In this document: positions 1-9,484 of the stretch, in pieces
How positions within the stretch are numbered: position 1 is the first letter of the stretch
Layout of the letters: each line of letters starts with the position of its first letter
Assembly (NCBI GenBank): GCA_944386175.1
Contig: CALXAB010000004.1
Location: forward strand, 900 to 64,899
DNA: 64,000 nt
From: an uncultured Clostridia bacterium
Lineage (GTDB): Bacteria > Bacillota > Clostridia > TANB77 > CAG-508
Direction: 5' to 3'
Position numbers and translations under genes: made by a program
Notes under the pieces: model-generated
Databases searched by the model: none
Seen by the model: the letters and a program-made list of their open reading frames with translations, nothing else
Told to the model about the DNA's origin: nothing

Positions 1-26
1 GATATTTTGAACCTATATCTTGTTAT

Positions 27-311
27 ATGGATTATTTATCAGAAATGCACCGTTTAGTTTATAACTTATCTTATGATAATAGATTGTTAGAAAAAACCTT
101 AGAGCAAATTTTTTATAGAACTGGTGGAATTAGAAAACGTTTTATAAAAATTGATTCCGGTGAAATTGTAGAAAGCATTTCTTATAAATCTTTACTTTCT
201 TTGATGTATTATGAATTGTTTTTGGATATAAAAAATGGTAATATTCCAAATTATTGTTTTGAGTGCAATAAATTTTATTTGCCTGACAGTAAGCATAAAT
301 GTAAAAAATAA
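27..311 (+). CDS. hypothetical protein. The frame stays open to the window start, so it may be 5' partial.
   Basis: ORF track only; Cys-containing C-terminus CFECNKF..HKCKK; no recognisable family motif. Confidence 0.3.
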   Translation: MDYLSEMHRLVYNLSYDNRLLEKTLEQIFYRTGGIRKRFIKIDSGEIVESISYKSLLSLMYYELFLDIKNGNIPNYCFECNKFYLPDSKHKCKK

Positions 312-330
312 GTTTGAAAGGAGCTTTTAT

Positions 331-1086
331 ATGAGTATAATTAATACATTTGATAATAAAACAAAAGAAATTTTAAGTCCTAAAAATTTAGTAGATAAAA
401 TAGAAAATTTTCCAGAAGTTGCTATTCTAATTTTTAAAGAAAGATTTTTCAACTACTTACAAGAAGAATATGGAATGAAAATTATAGGTCATGTTAATGC
501 TGGTTTATTTATTCCTATTTACAAATTAAATTTTCATGGGAAAGAATTTGCAATAACAAGAACTACTATAGGTGGCGCTGGTACTGCTGGAACAGCTGAA
601 GAATTAATTGCTATGGGCGCTAAAAAAATATTAATATATGGAACTTGTGGTACTTTAGATAAAGATATTTTAAAGGGACATTTTATAATTCCTACTGCTG
701 CTTATAGAGATGAAGGTACTAGCTATCATTATGTTGAACCTAGTGATTATATTGAAGTGAAAACGGCAAATAAACTTTGTTCAATTTTTGATGAATTAAA
801 TATTCCATATGTAAAAGGTAAAACATGGACAACTGATGCTATTTATAGAGAAACGGTAGGAAACATGAAAAAAAGAAAAGAAGATGGTTGTATTGTCGTT
901 GAGATGGAATGTGCTTCAATAATGGCTGTTAGCCAATTTAGGAATATACCAATATATCAATTCTTATATGGTGATGATACATTAGATGGAACCGAATGGG
1001 ATAGAAGAAAAATTGATGATAGTTCAAAAGAACTTATGGAAAGAAATATATTAGATTTAGGATTTAAAATTGCAGAAAGATTATAA
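331..1086 (+). CDS. nucleoside phosphorylase, PNP/UDP family (uridine phosphorylase-like)
   Basis: GAAAGGAG RBS 7 nt upstream of ATG 331 (internal Met of ORF 235..1086); motifs GGAGTAGTAEEL, YGTCGTL, VEMECASIM. Confidence 0.7.
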   Translation: MSIINTFDNKTKEILSPKNLVDKIENFPEVAILIFKERFFNYLQEEYGMKIIGHVNAGLFIPIYKLNFHGKEFAITRTTIGGAGTAGTAEELIAMGAKKILIYGTCGTLDKDILKGHFIIPTAAYRDEGTSYHYVEPSDYIEVKTANKLCSIFDELNIPYVKGKTWTTDAIYRETVGNMKKRKEDGCIVVEMECASIMAVSQFRNIPIYQFLYGDDTLDGTEWDRRKIDDSSKELMERNILDLGFKIAERL

Positions 1087-1101
1087 GGAGGCTTTAGATA
1101 T

Positions 1102-1866
1102 ATGCAAGAATTAGAATATAAAAGATATGAAGAAATTGGAAATTGGGATTTTTCTAACATAGAATATACTGTAAAACAAGATAGCAATTGGAATTTTTAC
1201 AAAGAAATATCAAATTATTCTAGTAAAAGTTCATTAATTTTGGATTTAGGTACTGGTGGTGGTGAAAAAGCTTTATCACAAATGCCAGATGCAGGAATGA
1301 TAATTGCAACTGACTTTTCTCCTAAAATGATTGAGAGCGCTAATATAAATAAGAAAAATTATCCTAATAAAAAAATTAAATTTGTAACAATGGATAATCT
1401 TAATATGAAATTTCCTAATAATTTATTTGATATTATAACAGCAAGACATACTATTATTGATGCTAAACAAATATATAATTGTTTAGCTAATAATGGAATA
1501 TTAATCATTGAAGGAGTAGACAAATATGATTGCTGGGAACTTAAGACACTCTTTAATAGAGGTCAAGCATTTAAGGATAATATTTCGATTAGTCAAAAAG
1601 ATTACAATGATTTAAAAGAAGCTGGATTTTCTGAAATAAATCTACAAGAAATAGTACAATATGAATATTATAAAACTGATAATGACTTACTTGCTTTACT
1701 TCTTAAAACTCCTATTTTAGATGACTTTTCAGAATTAGATACTTTAAGTAATACTCATAAAAATCAAATTGAAGAAGATTTATTTAACAAATATATTTCT
1801 CAACATACTACCGATAAGGGAATAGAATTAAAAAGAGTCCTATATGGAATAGTTGCTAAGAAATAA
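1102..1866 (+). CDS. class I SAM-dependent methyltransferase
   Basis: AGGAGG RBS; motif I LDLGTGGGE, then acidic ATDFS and DIITARH. Confidence 0.75.
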   Translation: MQELEYKRYEEIGNWDFSNIEYTVKQDSNWNFYKEISNYSSKSSLILDLGTGGGEKALSQMPDAGMIIATDFSPKMIESANINKKNYPNKKIKFVTMDNLNMKFPNNLFDIITARHTIIDAKQIYNCLANNGILIIEGVDKYDCWELKTLFNRGQAFKDNISISQKDYNDLKEAGFSEINLQEIVQYEYYKTDNDLLALLLKTPILDDFSELDTLSNTHKNQIEEDLFNKYISQHTTDKGIELKRVLYGIVAKK

Positions 1867-1894
1867 CTAATTATCAATAAATAAGGAGGTCAAT

Positions 1895-2317
1895 ATGGAC
1901 AAATTTAAAGAAATAAGACCAATTGCTTTAGGTCTTGCTATCAAAAACAATAAGCTATTAGTTTCAGAAGGTTTTGACAAAGTAAAAAACAAAACATTTT
2001 ACAGATGCTTAGGTGGAGGTATCGAGTTTTTAGAAAAAGGGGAAGAAGCTCTAAAACGTGAGTTTTTAGAAGAAATCAATGTTGATATTATGGTCAAAGA
2101 TTTCTTAGGAATATCAGAAAATATCTTTACATATCAAGGAAAAAAAGCTCATGAATTGATTTTATTTTACTCAATCGAAATATCCGATGAAAATTATCAA
2201 GAAGAATATAAAGTAATAGATGATCATGGTGAAACTATTGCAAAATGGATTGATATTGATAAATTTAAAAATAAAAGCAAAATACTTTATCCTGAAGAAG
2301 TATTTAAATATATTTAA
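1895..2317 (+). CDS. NUDIX hydrolase
   Basis: AAGGAGG RBS; Nudix box GGGIEFLEKGEEALKREFLEEINV. Confidence 0.75.
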   Translation: MDKFKEIRPIALGLAIKNNKLLVSEGFDKVKNKTFYRCLGGGIEFLEKGEEALKREFLEEINVDIMVKDFLGISENIFTYQGKKAHELILFYSIEISDENYQEEYKVIDDHGETIAKWIDIDKFKNKSKILYPEEVFKYI

Positions 2318-2338
2318 TTCATAGCTATTCCCTACCAC

Positions 2339-3515
2339 ATGAAAGGAGGTGATGAAGGTGTGGTAGGAAATATCGAAAAACGTAGAGAGAATTCTTATAG
2401 ATTAAGAGTTTCTGGTGGATATACAGGAGAAGGGAAAAGAATTTTCTATAAAAAGACAGTTCAAGCAAAAAATAAAAATGAAGCTAGAAAAGAATTAGCA
2501 TTATTTATATCAGAAATAGAAACTGGACAAGCTTTATTCTGCAACAAAGATGCGTTTTAGGGATTATGCTGACTTTTGGATTAACAATTATGCTGTTCCA
2601 AATTTATCTCCTAAAACCTATGAAAGATATAAAAGTATGTTAAGATCAAGGATTCTCCCCTATCTCGGCAGCATGTATTTAGACAAAATCCAACCAATGC
2701 AATTAATGTATTTGTACCAAGAATTAAGTGAATCAACATATATTAGAAAAAATATTAAACATAAGTTATCTTCAAAAACTGTACTAGAACATCACAGATT
2801 ATTACATTCTATGTTACAACAAGCAGTATATTGGCAAATGATTCCATATAATCCTGCATCAAGGGTAAGACCACCTAAAGCTAAAAAGCCAAGTATTAAT
2901 TTCTATGATGATGTACAAACAATTGCATTAATTAAGGCATTAGAAGGTGAAGAATTAAAATTTCGAGTCATTATCCTTTTAACAATTTTTACAGGATTAA
3001 GACGTGGAGAAGTTTTAGGATTAGAATGGCAAGATGTAGATTTAAAAAATTCTTCAATTACAGTAAGACAAGCTAGTCAATATGTTTCTTCTATTGGAAT
3101 TTATACAAAAGATCCCAAAACAGAAACATCAAACAGGGTCATTAGTATCCCTGATTCAATTACTAAATTATTAAAAGAATACAAAAGAAAACAATCAGAA
3201 AAAAGATTAAAATTAGGAGACAAATGGATTAATACTAATCGTTTATTTGTACAATGGGATGGTTCTCCTATGCATCCAGATACAATTACAAAATGGTTTA
3301 GGCAGTTCCTAGAAGATAAAAACTTGCCACATATTACATTTCATGGCTTACGCCATACACATGCAACTTTGCTTATTGCACAAGGATTAGATGTTAGAAC
3401 TGTTAGTAATAGATTAGGACATGCTCAAACATCTACAACATTAAATATCTATGCCCATGCATTTGCGAGAATGGACAGAGAGGCATCAGATAAACTTGAT
3501 AATCTTTTTTTATAG
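2339..3515 (+). pseudogene. tyrosine-type site-specific integrase (phage integrase family) with an arm-binding N-terminal domain, broken by a +1 frameshift near 2530-2550
   Basis: ORF 2339..2560 (GNIEKRRENSYRLRVSGGY..GKRIFYKKTVQAKNKNEARKEL) continues in the next frame as LYSATKMRFRDYADFW. The C-terminal ORF carries GLRRGEVLGLEW, HGLRHTHATLL and LGHAQTSTTLNIYAH (R..HxxR..Y catalytic set). Confidence 0.8.
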
Positions 3516-3637
3516 AGAAGATACAAAAAATATTTTAAAGCTAATTAAAAGCTTATCACATAAATTTATACCAAGAATTGAAAGGAAAAAAATTCTATGA
3601 AAAATTATAATAATAAAGAAGTAAATCAAGACATGAT

Positions 3638-3707
3638 AGTTTCTGCTTAAATACTTTTTATTAATTTTACAATTTTATATTTTATAATTTAAGCAGAAAC
3701 TTTTTAA
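3638..3707 (+). terminator. long-loop hairpin plus T-run downstream of the integrase
   Basis: 15-nt arms AGTTTCTGCTTAAAT / ATTTAAGCAGAAACT followed by TTTTT; the loop is ~35 nt, so it is atypical. Confidence 0.4.
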
Positions 3708-3790
3708 TTTTATTTCAAATAGAAGTTAATCAAATATATTTATAAATATCGAAAATTCAAGGTTTACCAAAAACCTTTTTATATAGATTT

Positions 3791-3809
3791 GTGCCCAAAT
3801 GGTGCCCAA
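3791..3809. repeat. direct repeat GTGCCCAA x2 with 11-bp periodicity, a possible integrase arm-type site
   Basis: GTGCCCAAATGGTGCCCAA stands out in AT-rich spacer between the integrase and the tRNA. Confidence 0.3.
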
Positions 3810-3880
3810 TTCATTTTATGTAATGTAAAATGAGCAAAAAATAAAGAGTCCACAATCTCTTGCGACTCTAATAAAATTTG

Positions 3881-3956
<76 letters not shown>

Positions 3957-4133
3957 ATGTTAAACTTTTTTTATTATACATCATATGTAACGTTTTTGTC
4001 AAGAAATTTTTAAAAATAGTAAAATTTTCTGCTATAGATATATTTATAGTATATGCCGATTTTTTCAAAATATTACTATTTTAATTCTTATAGTCAAATA
4101 TCTATAATATAGAGAATAACCAAAATTAAAATT

Positions 4134-4778
4134 TTACTTTCTTCCAATATATTTTATAACGCCAGAATAATGTGGATTAGGCCTAATTAATTCTAAAGAA
4201 TACTCATCAGAGATATAGATAGTCTCAAAATCTTTAAAAATATCCAAAATTTCTTCTCTAGTAAAAAAGCTAATATAAGTATCATTAATTATATTATGAA
4301 ACACATTATTATCCAAAAGTTCAAAATCAAGTAAACTTTTATTCTTTTTAAACTTAGGATCTTCAATAGAAAAAACTTGCAAATAAATCAATCCGTTTAA
4401 ATTTATAGTTTCTTTTATAGAATTCATAATTTTATAGCTATCCTCTTTATGAAGAAAATGCAAAACATAAGAAGAAAGTATTAGATCATATCTATTTTTT
4501 TCAATTTCAAAAGTTCTAATATCGCTTCTAATCAAATTTAAATTAGAACAATTATTTTTACAAATTTCTAAGCATTTAGAAGAATAATCAACACCAGTAA
4601 CATTAAAGCCCAAATTTGATAAAGGAATAGAATTCCTACCTTGACCAATCCCCAAATCTAAAACTTCTTTACCAGGTATTAATTCCAAATATTTCTTTAA
4701 TTCAAAGTCTAATTTGGCTGGATATATAGGAAAGTCATCTTTAAATTTTTTATCATAATCTACTGGATTACCAATCAT
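4134..4778 (-). CDS. class I SAM-dependent methyltransferase (TehB-like)
   Basis: GGAGG RBS before the internal ATG (MIGNPVDY); motif VLDLGIGQGRNS, VTGVDYS. Confidence 0.75.
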   Translation of the reverse strand: MIGNPVDYDKKFKDDFPIYPAKLDFELKKYLELIPGKEVLDLGIGQGRNSIPLSNLGFNVTGVDYSSKCLEICKNNCSNLNLIRSDIRTFEIEKNRYDLILSSYVLHFLHKEDSYKIMNSIKETINLNGLIYLQVFSIEDPKFKKNKSLLDFELLDNNVFHNIINDTYISFFTREEILDIFKDFETIYISDEYSLELIRPNPHYSGVIKYIGRK

Positions 4779-4811
4779 ATAAATTCCTCCAATTTTATTT
4801 ATAAACACAAT

Positions 4812-5318
4812 TTAAAATTTATTATCTTTTAACCAATCCAATAAAACTTCAAAATCGTCATAATGACTAGAAAAAAATTTATTTTCTTTCATTAATTTTT
4901 TAATTTCATCTGTTGAAAGCCAACAAACAAACTCAACTTCTGACTTTTGTAATCTCAAACTACTAATATCAAGAATATCCATTTTTAAATAATAAGAATC
5001 ACATATAACTCTAGATTTAGAAGATTTATTAGAAAAAAATAATTTAATATCTTTATTACTTATATCTAATCCAAGTTCTTCTTGAACTTCTGTTATAGCA
5101 CCTTCAATACTAGTTTGACCAGATTTAGGATGACCACCAGTAGTTGCAAACTTCCCATTTTTTAATTTACTTCTTTTTTGAATTAAAAACTTTCCATCAG
5201 AATTTTGAATAAATATCAAAACAACAATAATATAATAGCCTTTAGGTATAGGGAAATTTTTAAAAATTGTTTTACCAGTTAAATTCCTATTTACATCATA
5301 TAAATCTCTTTTTTCCAT
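4812..5318 (-). CDS. NUDIX hydrolase
   Basis: AAGGAG RBS before MEKRDLYDV; Nudix box GGHPKSGQTSIEGAITEVQEELGL. Confidence 0.75.
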   Translation of the reverse strand: MEKRDLYDVNRNLTGKTIFKNFPIPKGYYIIVVLIFIQNSDGKFLIQKRSKLKNGKFATTGGHPKSGQTSIEGAITEVQEELGLDISNKDIKLFFSNKSSKSRVICDSYYLKMDILDISSLRLQKSEVEFVCWLSTDEIKKLMKENKFFSSHYDDFEVLLDWLKDNKF

Positions 5319-5492
5319 TATATAACAGAACTCCTTTACTTTATACATAGCAAATTTATATAATAAATTATAAAATAAATAGAAAAGTTTGTAAATAAAA
5401 ATTAATTAAAAAAATAAAAATAGAACATGAAACATTTTTATATAAAAATATAAAAAAATAGATATTTTAATTGTTCAAATCAATTAATTTAG

Positions 5493-8400
5493 TTGTTAAA
5501 AACAAGAAAATGTGATAAAATAGAACAAAATGAAAAAAACAGGAGTAAAAAATTGGATAAAAATATAATATACGACAATGATAATTTAATAAAAAATATA
5601 AACAAAAATCTAAAAATACTTTCAAAAAAACAAGTAAATATAGTAAATGATAAATTAACATTATCAGTTTTTGAACTATTAAAAGACAATATAAAAAAAG
5701 TATCTGACATAAATTTTGTTATTAGAAGTCCAATATACAATGGTAATAAAGAAATAGCAAGAGAATTTGAAATAGAAAAAGATACAGACAATATACTTTT
5801 CAACTCATTTGATATAATACAAAAAAACAAGTTAACACATTTAAGCTCAGCAAAAAAAATGTACAATTTTATAAAAGATAATGTTAATGTAAAAAGGGTA
5901 AAAAACTCAAATACAATAAAAAGTAATTTGCTAACAGTAGGTAATAATTATGCAGTACTTGGGGATTCATCTTTAGAAGTAGTAAAAAAGAAAGAACAAT
6001 CTTTTAACTTTAACACAGAATTTTCAAATATTGAACAAGTTAAGCAAATAAAAGAAAAATTTGACATGTTATGGAATACACCTCAATATACGGAAGAGTT
6101 TAAAGAACAATTATTAGAAAAATTAAAATTTGTTTATAAAGATTATAGCCCAGAGTTTTTATATTATTTTACTCTATTTTCAATATTTGAAAATACAATA
6201 AATGATGAAGACTTAGAAAAATTTGAGAATGATAAAATTAAGTTTAAAGAAACTATAGTATGGAATAAATTATATAAATTCCAAAAAGATGCAGTTGTTT
6301 CAGCCATTAATAAAATAGAAAAATTCAATGGATGTATTATAGCAGATAGTGTAGGGTTAGGAAAAACTTTTGAAGCATTAGCAATAATTAAATATTACGA
6401 AATGAAAAATTCAAAAGTTTTAGTATTGACACCTAAAAAATTATATGAAAATTGGGCTACATATAAAAACGATTATATTGATAACCCAATTGCAGAGGAT
6501 AGACTACATTATGATATTTTATATCATAGTGATTTATCAAGAAAAAAAGGTAAAACAATTGAAGGTAAAGACTTAGAGAGGATGAATCTAGGTAATTATG
6601 AATTATTAGTAATAGATGAAAGCCATAATTTTAGAAACAGAGATGCTAGAAAAGCTCATGAAACAAGATATTCTAAATTAATAAATGAAATAATAAAAAA
6701 GGGGTATAGAACAAAAGTATTATTATTATCAGCAACACCAGTAAATAATACATTAAATGATTTAAAAAACCAATTAAGTATCATAACAGTTGATAATGAT
6801 CATGCATTTATAGATGAAGGTATTGCAAGTGTAGAACAACTACTTCGAAAATCTCAAACGGTTATAAATGAATGGTCAAGAGAAGACAATAAAAATAAAG
6901 AAAAACTGCTAGATAGGTTACCAGCTAACTTTTTTAAACTGTTAGAAATGATAACAATAGCTAGAAGTAGAAAACATATAACTACATATTATGGAACAAA
7001 AGATGTTGGAACATTTCCAGAAAAAAAAGAGCCATTAACAATAAGGAATAAAATAGATACTAAAAATGAAATGGTAACATTTAAAGAAATAAATGACTTA
7101 TTAGATATGCTAAATTTATCAATATATTCTCCAATGAAATATATATTACCAGAATATAAACAAGAATATAGACAAAAGTTTAGTCTTGATGTAAAAGAAG
7201 GAAGTTCAACATTTTATCAAGAAGATAGAGAAGAAAGCATAAAAAAGTTATATAAATTTAATATTTTAAAAAGGATGGAAAGTTCTTTAGTAGCACTAAA
7301 TTTAACATTGCAAAGACTAAAAGAACAAATTGAAAATAGAAAAAAATTATTACAGGAATCAGTAAAAGAAAAAAATAAAATTAATAAAATAAAAGAATAT
7401 ATTGAAGATATAGATATTGAAGAAGAAGAAAACGAATTAGATGAAGAAGAAAATGTAAAAAACATAAATATATCACATTTAGATAAATCAACATATATTT
7501 ATGATTTAAATAAAGATCTAGAATTGATTAATCCAATATTAGAAGAAATAGATGTATTATTAAAAGAAAAAAGAGACGAAAAGATTAAAAAGTTAAAAGA
7601 AATAATAGTAAACAAAGTAACTAATACACCATATAACAATAAAAATAAAAAAATATTGATTTTTAGTGCTTTTGCTGATACAGTAAAATACCTATATAAA
7701 GAATTAAGTATAGAGTTAAAAGAAAAATATAAAGTAGATTCAGCTATTATTACAGGAAGTGAAGAACCAAAAACAACTAATAAAAAAGTAAAAAATGAAT
7801 TTAATAATATATTAGCACATTTTTCACCAATATCTAAAGAGATACAAATAAATGAAGATGAGCAAATTGATATTATTTTTGCAACAGATTGTATTTCAGA
7901 AGGTCAAAATCTTCAAGATTGTGATACTGTTATTAATTTTGACATACATTGGAATCCTGTTAGGTTAATCCAGAGATTTGGACGTATAGATAGAATAGGA
8001 AGCAAAAATAAGTTTATAAAAATGATTAATTTTTTTCCAGATATGGAACTAAATGAATATTTAAACCTGGAAAGAAGAGTTAAGGGAAAAATGGTAATTA
8101 CAAATATGACAGGAGCGGGAGATGATGATCAATTATCACCAGATATGAATGACTTTAATTTTAGAAAAAAACAATTAGAATCAATACAAAAAGAAGTTGT
8201 GGATTTAGAAGAAGCCAAAAATTCAATATCATTAACCGACTTAAATCTAAATGATTATAAATATGATATCAAAGAATACCTAAAAACAAATGAAGACATA
8301 AAAAAAATACCAAAAGGAATTTACTCTATAACATCTAATGGAGACAAAAAAGGGGTAATCTTTTGTTTCAAAAGAAATGAACAATTAGAAGTAAAACCAA

Positions 8401-8747
8401 AAGAAGAAAGTTCAATAGATCCTTATTATTTAGTATATGTAACAAATGAAGGAGACATTTATTTTGATATAAAAAAAGTAAGAGACGTTCTTAATGAATA
8501 CAGAAAAATATGTTATGGAAAACAAGAAATAAATCATGAATTAGTCAACAAATTTAACATTGATACAAAGGAAGCAACAGATATGAAAAAATATTCGGAG
8601 CTTTTAACCAAAGCTATTAATTTTATCAATGGAGATTTGAAAGAAGATAATATGCATAGTTTATTTAGTTTTGACGGTTTACTAAGTAAAAATGAAGAAA
8701 CAACATCAGAAGACTTTGAGCTTATATCAATGTTAATATTAGATTAG
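5493..8747 (+). CDS. SNF2-family (SWI2/SNF2) helicase; first gene of a four-gene R-M/defence operon. The start is uncertain: TTG at 5493, or an internal TTG after AGGAG.
   Basis: Helicase motifs ADSVGLGKT (I), VIDESHNFRN (II), LLLSATPVNN (III), ATDCISEGQNLQ, and NPVRLIQRFGRIDRIGS (VI). Confidence 0.85.
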   Translation: MLKTRKCDKIEQNEKNRSKKLDKNIIYDNDNLIKNINKNLKILSKKQVNIVNDKLTLSVFELLKDNIKKVSDINFVIRSPIYNGNKEIAREFEIEKDTDNILFNSFDIIQKNKLTHLSSAKKMYNFIKDNVNVKRVKNSNTIKSNLLTVGNNYAVLGDSSLEVVKKKEQSFNFNTEFSNIEQVKQIKEKFDMLWNTPQYTEEFKEQLLEKLKFVYKDYSPEFLYYFTLFSIFENTINDEDLEKFENDKIKFKETIVWNKLYKFQKDAVVSAINKIEKFNGCIIADSVGLGKTFEALAIIKYYEMKNSKVLVLTPKKLYENWATYKNDYIDNPIAEDRLHYDILYHSDLSRKKGKTIEGKDLERMNLGNYELLVIDESHNFRNRDARKAHETRYSKLINEIIKKGYRTKVLLLSATPVNNTLNDLKNQLSIITVDNDHAFIDEGIASVEQLLRKSQTVINEWSREDNKNKEKLLDRLPANFFKLLEMITIARSRKHITTYYGTKDVGTFPEKKEPLTIRNKIDTKNEMVTFKEINDLLDMLNLSIYSPMKYILPEYKQEYRQKFSLDVKEGSSTFYQEDREESIKKLYKFNILKRMESSLVALNLTLQRLKEQIENRKKLLQESVKEKNKINKIKEYIEDIDIEEEENELDEEENVKNINISHLDKSTYIYDLNKDLELINPILEEIDVLLKEKRDEKIKKLKEIIVNKVTNTPYNNKNKKILIFSAFADTVKYLYKELSIELKEKYKVDSAIITGSEEPKTTNKKVKNEFNNILAHFSPISKEIQINEDEQIDIIFATDCISEGQNLQDCDTVINFDIHWNPVRLIQRFGRIDRIGSKNKFIKMINFFPDMELNEYLNLERRVKGKMVITNMTGAGDDDQLSPDMNDFNFRKKQLESIQKEVVDLEEAKNSISLTDLNLNDYKYDIKEYLKTNEDIKKIPKGIYSITSNGDKKGVIFCFKRNEQLEVKPKEESSIDPYYLVYVTNEGDIYFDIKKVRDVLNEYRKICYGKQEINHELVNKFNIDTKEATDMKKYSELLTKAINFINGDLKEDNMHSLFSFDGLLSKNEETTSEDFELISMLILD

Positions 8748-8756
8748 GAGAGGAAT

Positions 8757-9473
8757 ATGTTTTTAGATATAAAATATAATTTAGAAAAAAATAAACAAGA
8801 ATGTACAAATTTTGTATTAAAAGTATTGCCACAATATTTAGAATTAAAAGAAAGAAAAAAACTTAAAGAGGAAATAGTTAGTATAAAATTGCTAGCTCAA
8901 ATGAATGATACTTCAATACCAAATTTGGAAAACAAAGAATTTATTTATAGAAATATAATGTATATAGAATTTATGGTTAAAAATATAAAAAAGATACAAC
9001 CTTATATAGAAACATTACATAAATTATTTAAAGCACCTACTATTTTAAAAATATCTGATGAAAAGTTAAATAGTATATATTCATTATGTATAAAAAGACT
9101 TAGTAAAATAAATAAAGGTGAGATTGTAGTAGAAAATATAGTTACAACTAAAGAATTTAGTGATGTTATAAATGCAAAAACCAGAAATGAATATATAGAT
9201 ATAATAAGTAAAATTTATAATAGAAATAATAAATTTGATTATTATTATGAATTACTTATAAAAACAAAAATTTATAATTTGAAAAAAGAATTAAAGGATA
9301 ACTATATAAAATTATTAGATTCAAAAATATTTTATAATTTAGAAAAAATGCAATATAATATGGAAAAATTAAATTCATTTGAAGAATATATAAAACAATA
9401 TGAAAGTGAGACTAATATGGCAGAAAAAATAAAATTAAAAAATAAAATAGATAATATTATATTTATATTTTAG
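8757..9473 (+). CDS. hypothetical 238-aa protein between the helicase and the methylase. From memory this may be the DUF4391 type of context; unverified.
   Basis: GGAGAGG RBS; 9-nt gap to the upstream gene and 11-nt gap to the downstream gene; no motif recognised. Confidence 0.5.
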   Translation: MFLDIKYNLEKNKQECTNFVLKVLPQYLELKERKKLKEEIVSIKLLAQMNDTSIPNLENKEFIYRNIMYIEFMVKNIKKIQPYIETLHKLFKAPTILKISDEKLNSIYSLCIKRLSKINKGEIVVENIVTTKEFSDVINAKTRNEYIDIISKIYNRNNKFDYYYELLIKTKIYNLKKELKDNYIKLLDSKIFYNLEKMQYNMEKLNSFEEYIKQYESETNMAEKIKLKNKIDNIIFIF

Positions 9474-9484
9474 GAGGAAATATA

